From assembly GCA_012295275.1 (NCBI GenBank), contig CM022666.1, positions 8,122,001-8,186,000 on the forward strand: DNA of 64,000 nucleotides, given 5' to 3'. Below the pieces are notes generated by a model that saw nothing but the letters and a program-made list of their open reading frames with translations, had not been told where the DNA came from and ran no database searches. The translations under genes and the position numbers were made by a program. Of the stretch, positions 61,611 to 64,000 are shown piece by piece. This stretch comes from Chrysomallon squamiferum (lineage: Eukaryota; Animalia; Mollusca). The first letter of the stretch is position 1. Every line of letters starts with the position of its first letter.

Positions 61611-64000
61611 AAAGCAGAGGCATTTTAAGATGGCAAAGACATTTTTTTTATATATATATGTATGTATGTATGTGGGTTGTTGTTTGTTTTGTTTTGTGGG
61701 ATTTTTATTTTATTTTTTGAATTAATGTAAAGGTTAATTCTTGTAGTATATGTCTGCATAATATATTTTTATGTTAGTTTCTAGAAAATTCCCTATCCCC
61801 TTTTTAAAAAAAGAAAAAGTACACATAACAAAATAATCAATCACCCATTGATGCTTTTCTGATGTATTTGTCATGTATTCATTAATACCAAAAATATATC
61901 AAAATTTCTTGTTTTGTAAAGTCATTCATAAAACATATATAGACTTGAAGATCATGAGCTTTTTATAAAAATTATTAATTTTAATTTATTTTAATTTAAT
62001 TTAATTTGATTTAATTTAATTTAATTTAATTTAATTTGATTTAATTTAATTTGATTTGATTTCATTTAATTTCATTTAATTTAATTATTTTTAATGTAAT
62101 GTAATGTCATTTTATTTTACTTTAGTCTACTTTATTTTATTTTTTATTTTTATTTATTTATCAGTTATTTATCTTAAATTGTAATTGGTTTCCTTCAGTA
62201 AAAAAAGAAGACATGTTAATCAAAGTCTCTCTCTCTTTTCATCACTAATAAATCACTGTGCATTGTGTTAAAAAAATATTTAAAAAGTTTAAGTGTATAA
62301 TTTATATGATTTTTAGAATCATGCAACATTCAGAAGGTGTCTGGTTAAATTTTTATAATAACTTATTTAGGAAATATTTTAATAATGTGAAAAATCTATC
62401 AGTGAAACATGAATTATCACTAAATGAAGGCTGTCCCATTTTTAGCTATTTAAATTACCTAATGAAAAAGAAAACAGAGTAATATTATAGTTCATTCAGA
62501 CAGCATTATTTTCAGGATTTTCTGCAAACTGTTGAACTGCAGAACAAGAAGAAATGCTGCTTGAAATCTTAAGCTGTTTTAAGCAGTAACGAAACTCTTC
62601 GTAACTCTATTAATTAATTTCTTTCAGTCACAGTCCTTATACTATATTTATTGTTACTGATATAAAAAATGTAATTTCATTAATTTCAGAAATGGGTTAG
62701 GCAAAATAAAAGTAAAGTTCAAGAACATCCTTTTCTTTGTTGAATTACAGTTTGTGCAGTGGTAAAAAAAAAAAAAAAATGTGTAACTAAAATTGACAGA
62801 AAACCAATAGCTAATGGAACACTGTTAGAAATGATTTACCTAAACAAAGGTTCAGTAACCAAGCTGTTCATTAGCATTCAGACTGTCACCAGCTGACTAA
62901 CTGTAGTAGCAGTTACAGTTTATATATCTATTATTATTATTGTTATTATTATTATTATTATTATTTATTTTTATAAATCATTATTATTGTTATTAGTATA
63001 ATTATTGTTATTATTATTATTATTATTATTTATTATTATTATTTTTTTTATTATTATTATTAGTTTATTATTATTAATAATATTTATCATTATTATTATA
63101 ATTTATTATTATAAATCATTATTATTATTAATATTATTGATCCATTGATCCATTTTTCCAGTTTTACTGGGGTTTTTTTATTGTTTTTTTTTCTTCTTTT
63201 TTACGAGAAAATATTACAATCTTGTTTCACAAATGATAAAATATTTTATTTTATTGTATTTTATTTTATTATTTATTTTTTATTATGTTTTAAAAAAAAG
63301 GATAATTTGTTTTTTCACAAATGATAAAAAAAACAATTCGTCTTCTTTTCACAAATTACAAAATATGTTGTGTCACAGTTGATAAATATTTTTATTCTTT
63401 AATAGATTTTACTGGTTTTGGAGTGGGGCTTTTTTCTTCACAAATGTTAAAATATTTTTTGTTCTTGATATTCAGATATTTACAAATTCTGTCATATCAT
63501 CATCTGTTTTGTTAACATTCTCAAAAGAATATTCATTCATTCCCTAGAAACTGACCATATATATTTTTATTACTACTTCACCTTATAGTATACCAGTATC
63601 ATCTTTATTATCAAAGTTTCAGTTACTTGTGTTCTCCCTTTCTAACCTAAATGCTTTTGTTTTGGGATTCTACTTTAAAATGCATTTTAAAAAAAAAAAA
63701 AAAACATTTTCACAAAATCACAGTAAAACCTTATAGTTCACAGTATTTGTATAATGATTCTCATGTTCAAACTTTTCTAATAATAAAATATAATAGTAAA
63801 ATAACATGTTGATGAAGGTATGATGAAGATATATATTTTCTCTTTCGAAAATAATGTTATGTAGTGAAAATCTCCCAAAGACTGAGTATACAGCAAACAT
63901 AATATTTAACTTGCAGAAATGATGTTAGGATTAAAGGAAATTATTTTTAAAAATTTATGTTTTTATCTTTCATGTGTCCATTTTGGCTAGTTTTTTATCC

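Noticed and set aside
1050-63900. Dozens of 60-140 aa ORFs rich in I/L/Y/F/N or CV/HT/SL runs
   Set aside because: They are translations of (ATT)n, (CA)n, (CT)n and T-rich intronic sequence with no family motifs; they are not membrane proteins.

Overview
AT-rich, microsatellite-dense animal genomic DNA (invertebrate-like; a mollusc or other lophotrochozoan is plausible but cannot be proven from this window). The main feature is a complete + strand multi-exon gene (22283-61084) for an organellar/endosomal Na+(K+)/H+ exchanger of the NHE6/7/9 (SLC9A6/7/9, Drosophila Nhe3) clade. I traced 16 core coding exons with consistent GT-AG phases, plus a candidate 54-nt cassette exon and two alternative in-frame terminal exons. 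One terminal exon ends in an acidic dileucine DxxLL sorting motif. Intron 10 is a U12-type (minor spliceosome) intron. Upstream lie a decayed hAT transposase (minus strand, ~19560-20640) and an orphan 174-aa ORF (17565-18089) with a duplicated ~31-aa motif conserved at protein level. Further upstream are a three-copy ~1.4-kb tandem duplication and the probable 5' end of an unidentified minus-strand gene (coding exon 1312-1484, CpG-rich promoter ~10700-11350). Nearly all other ORFs in the six-frame track are low-complexity microsatellite artefacts.
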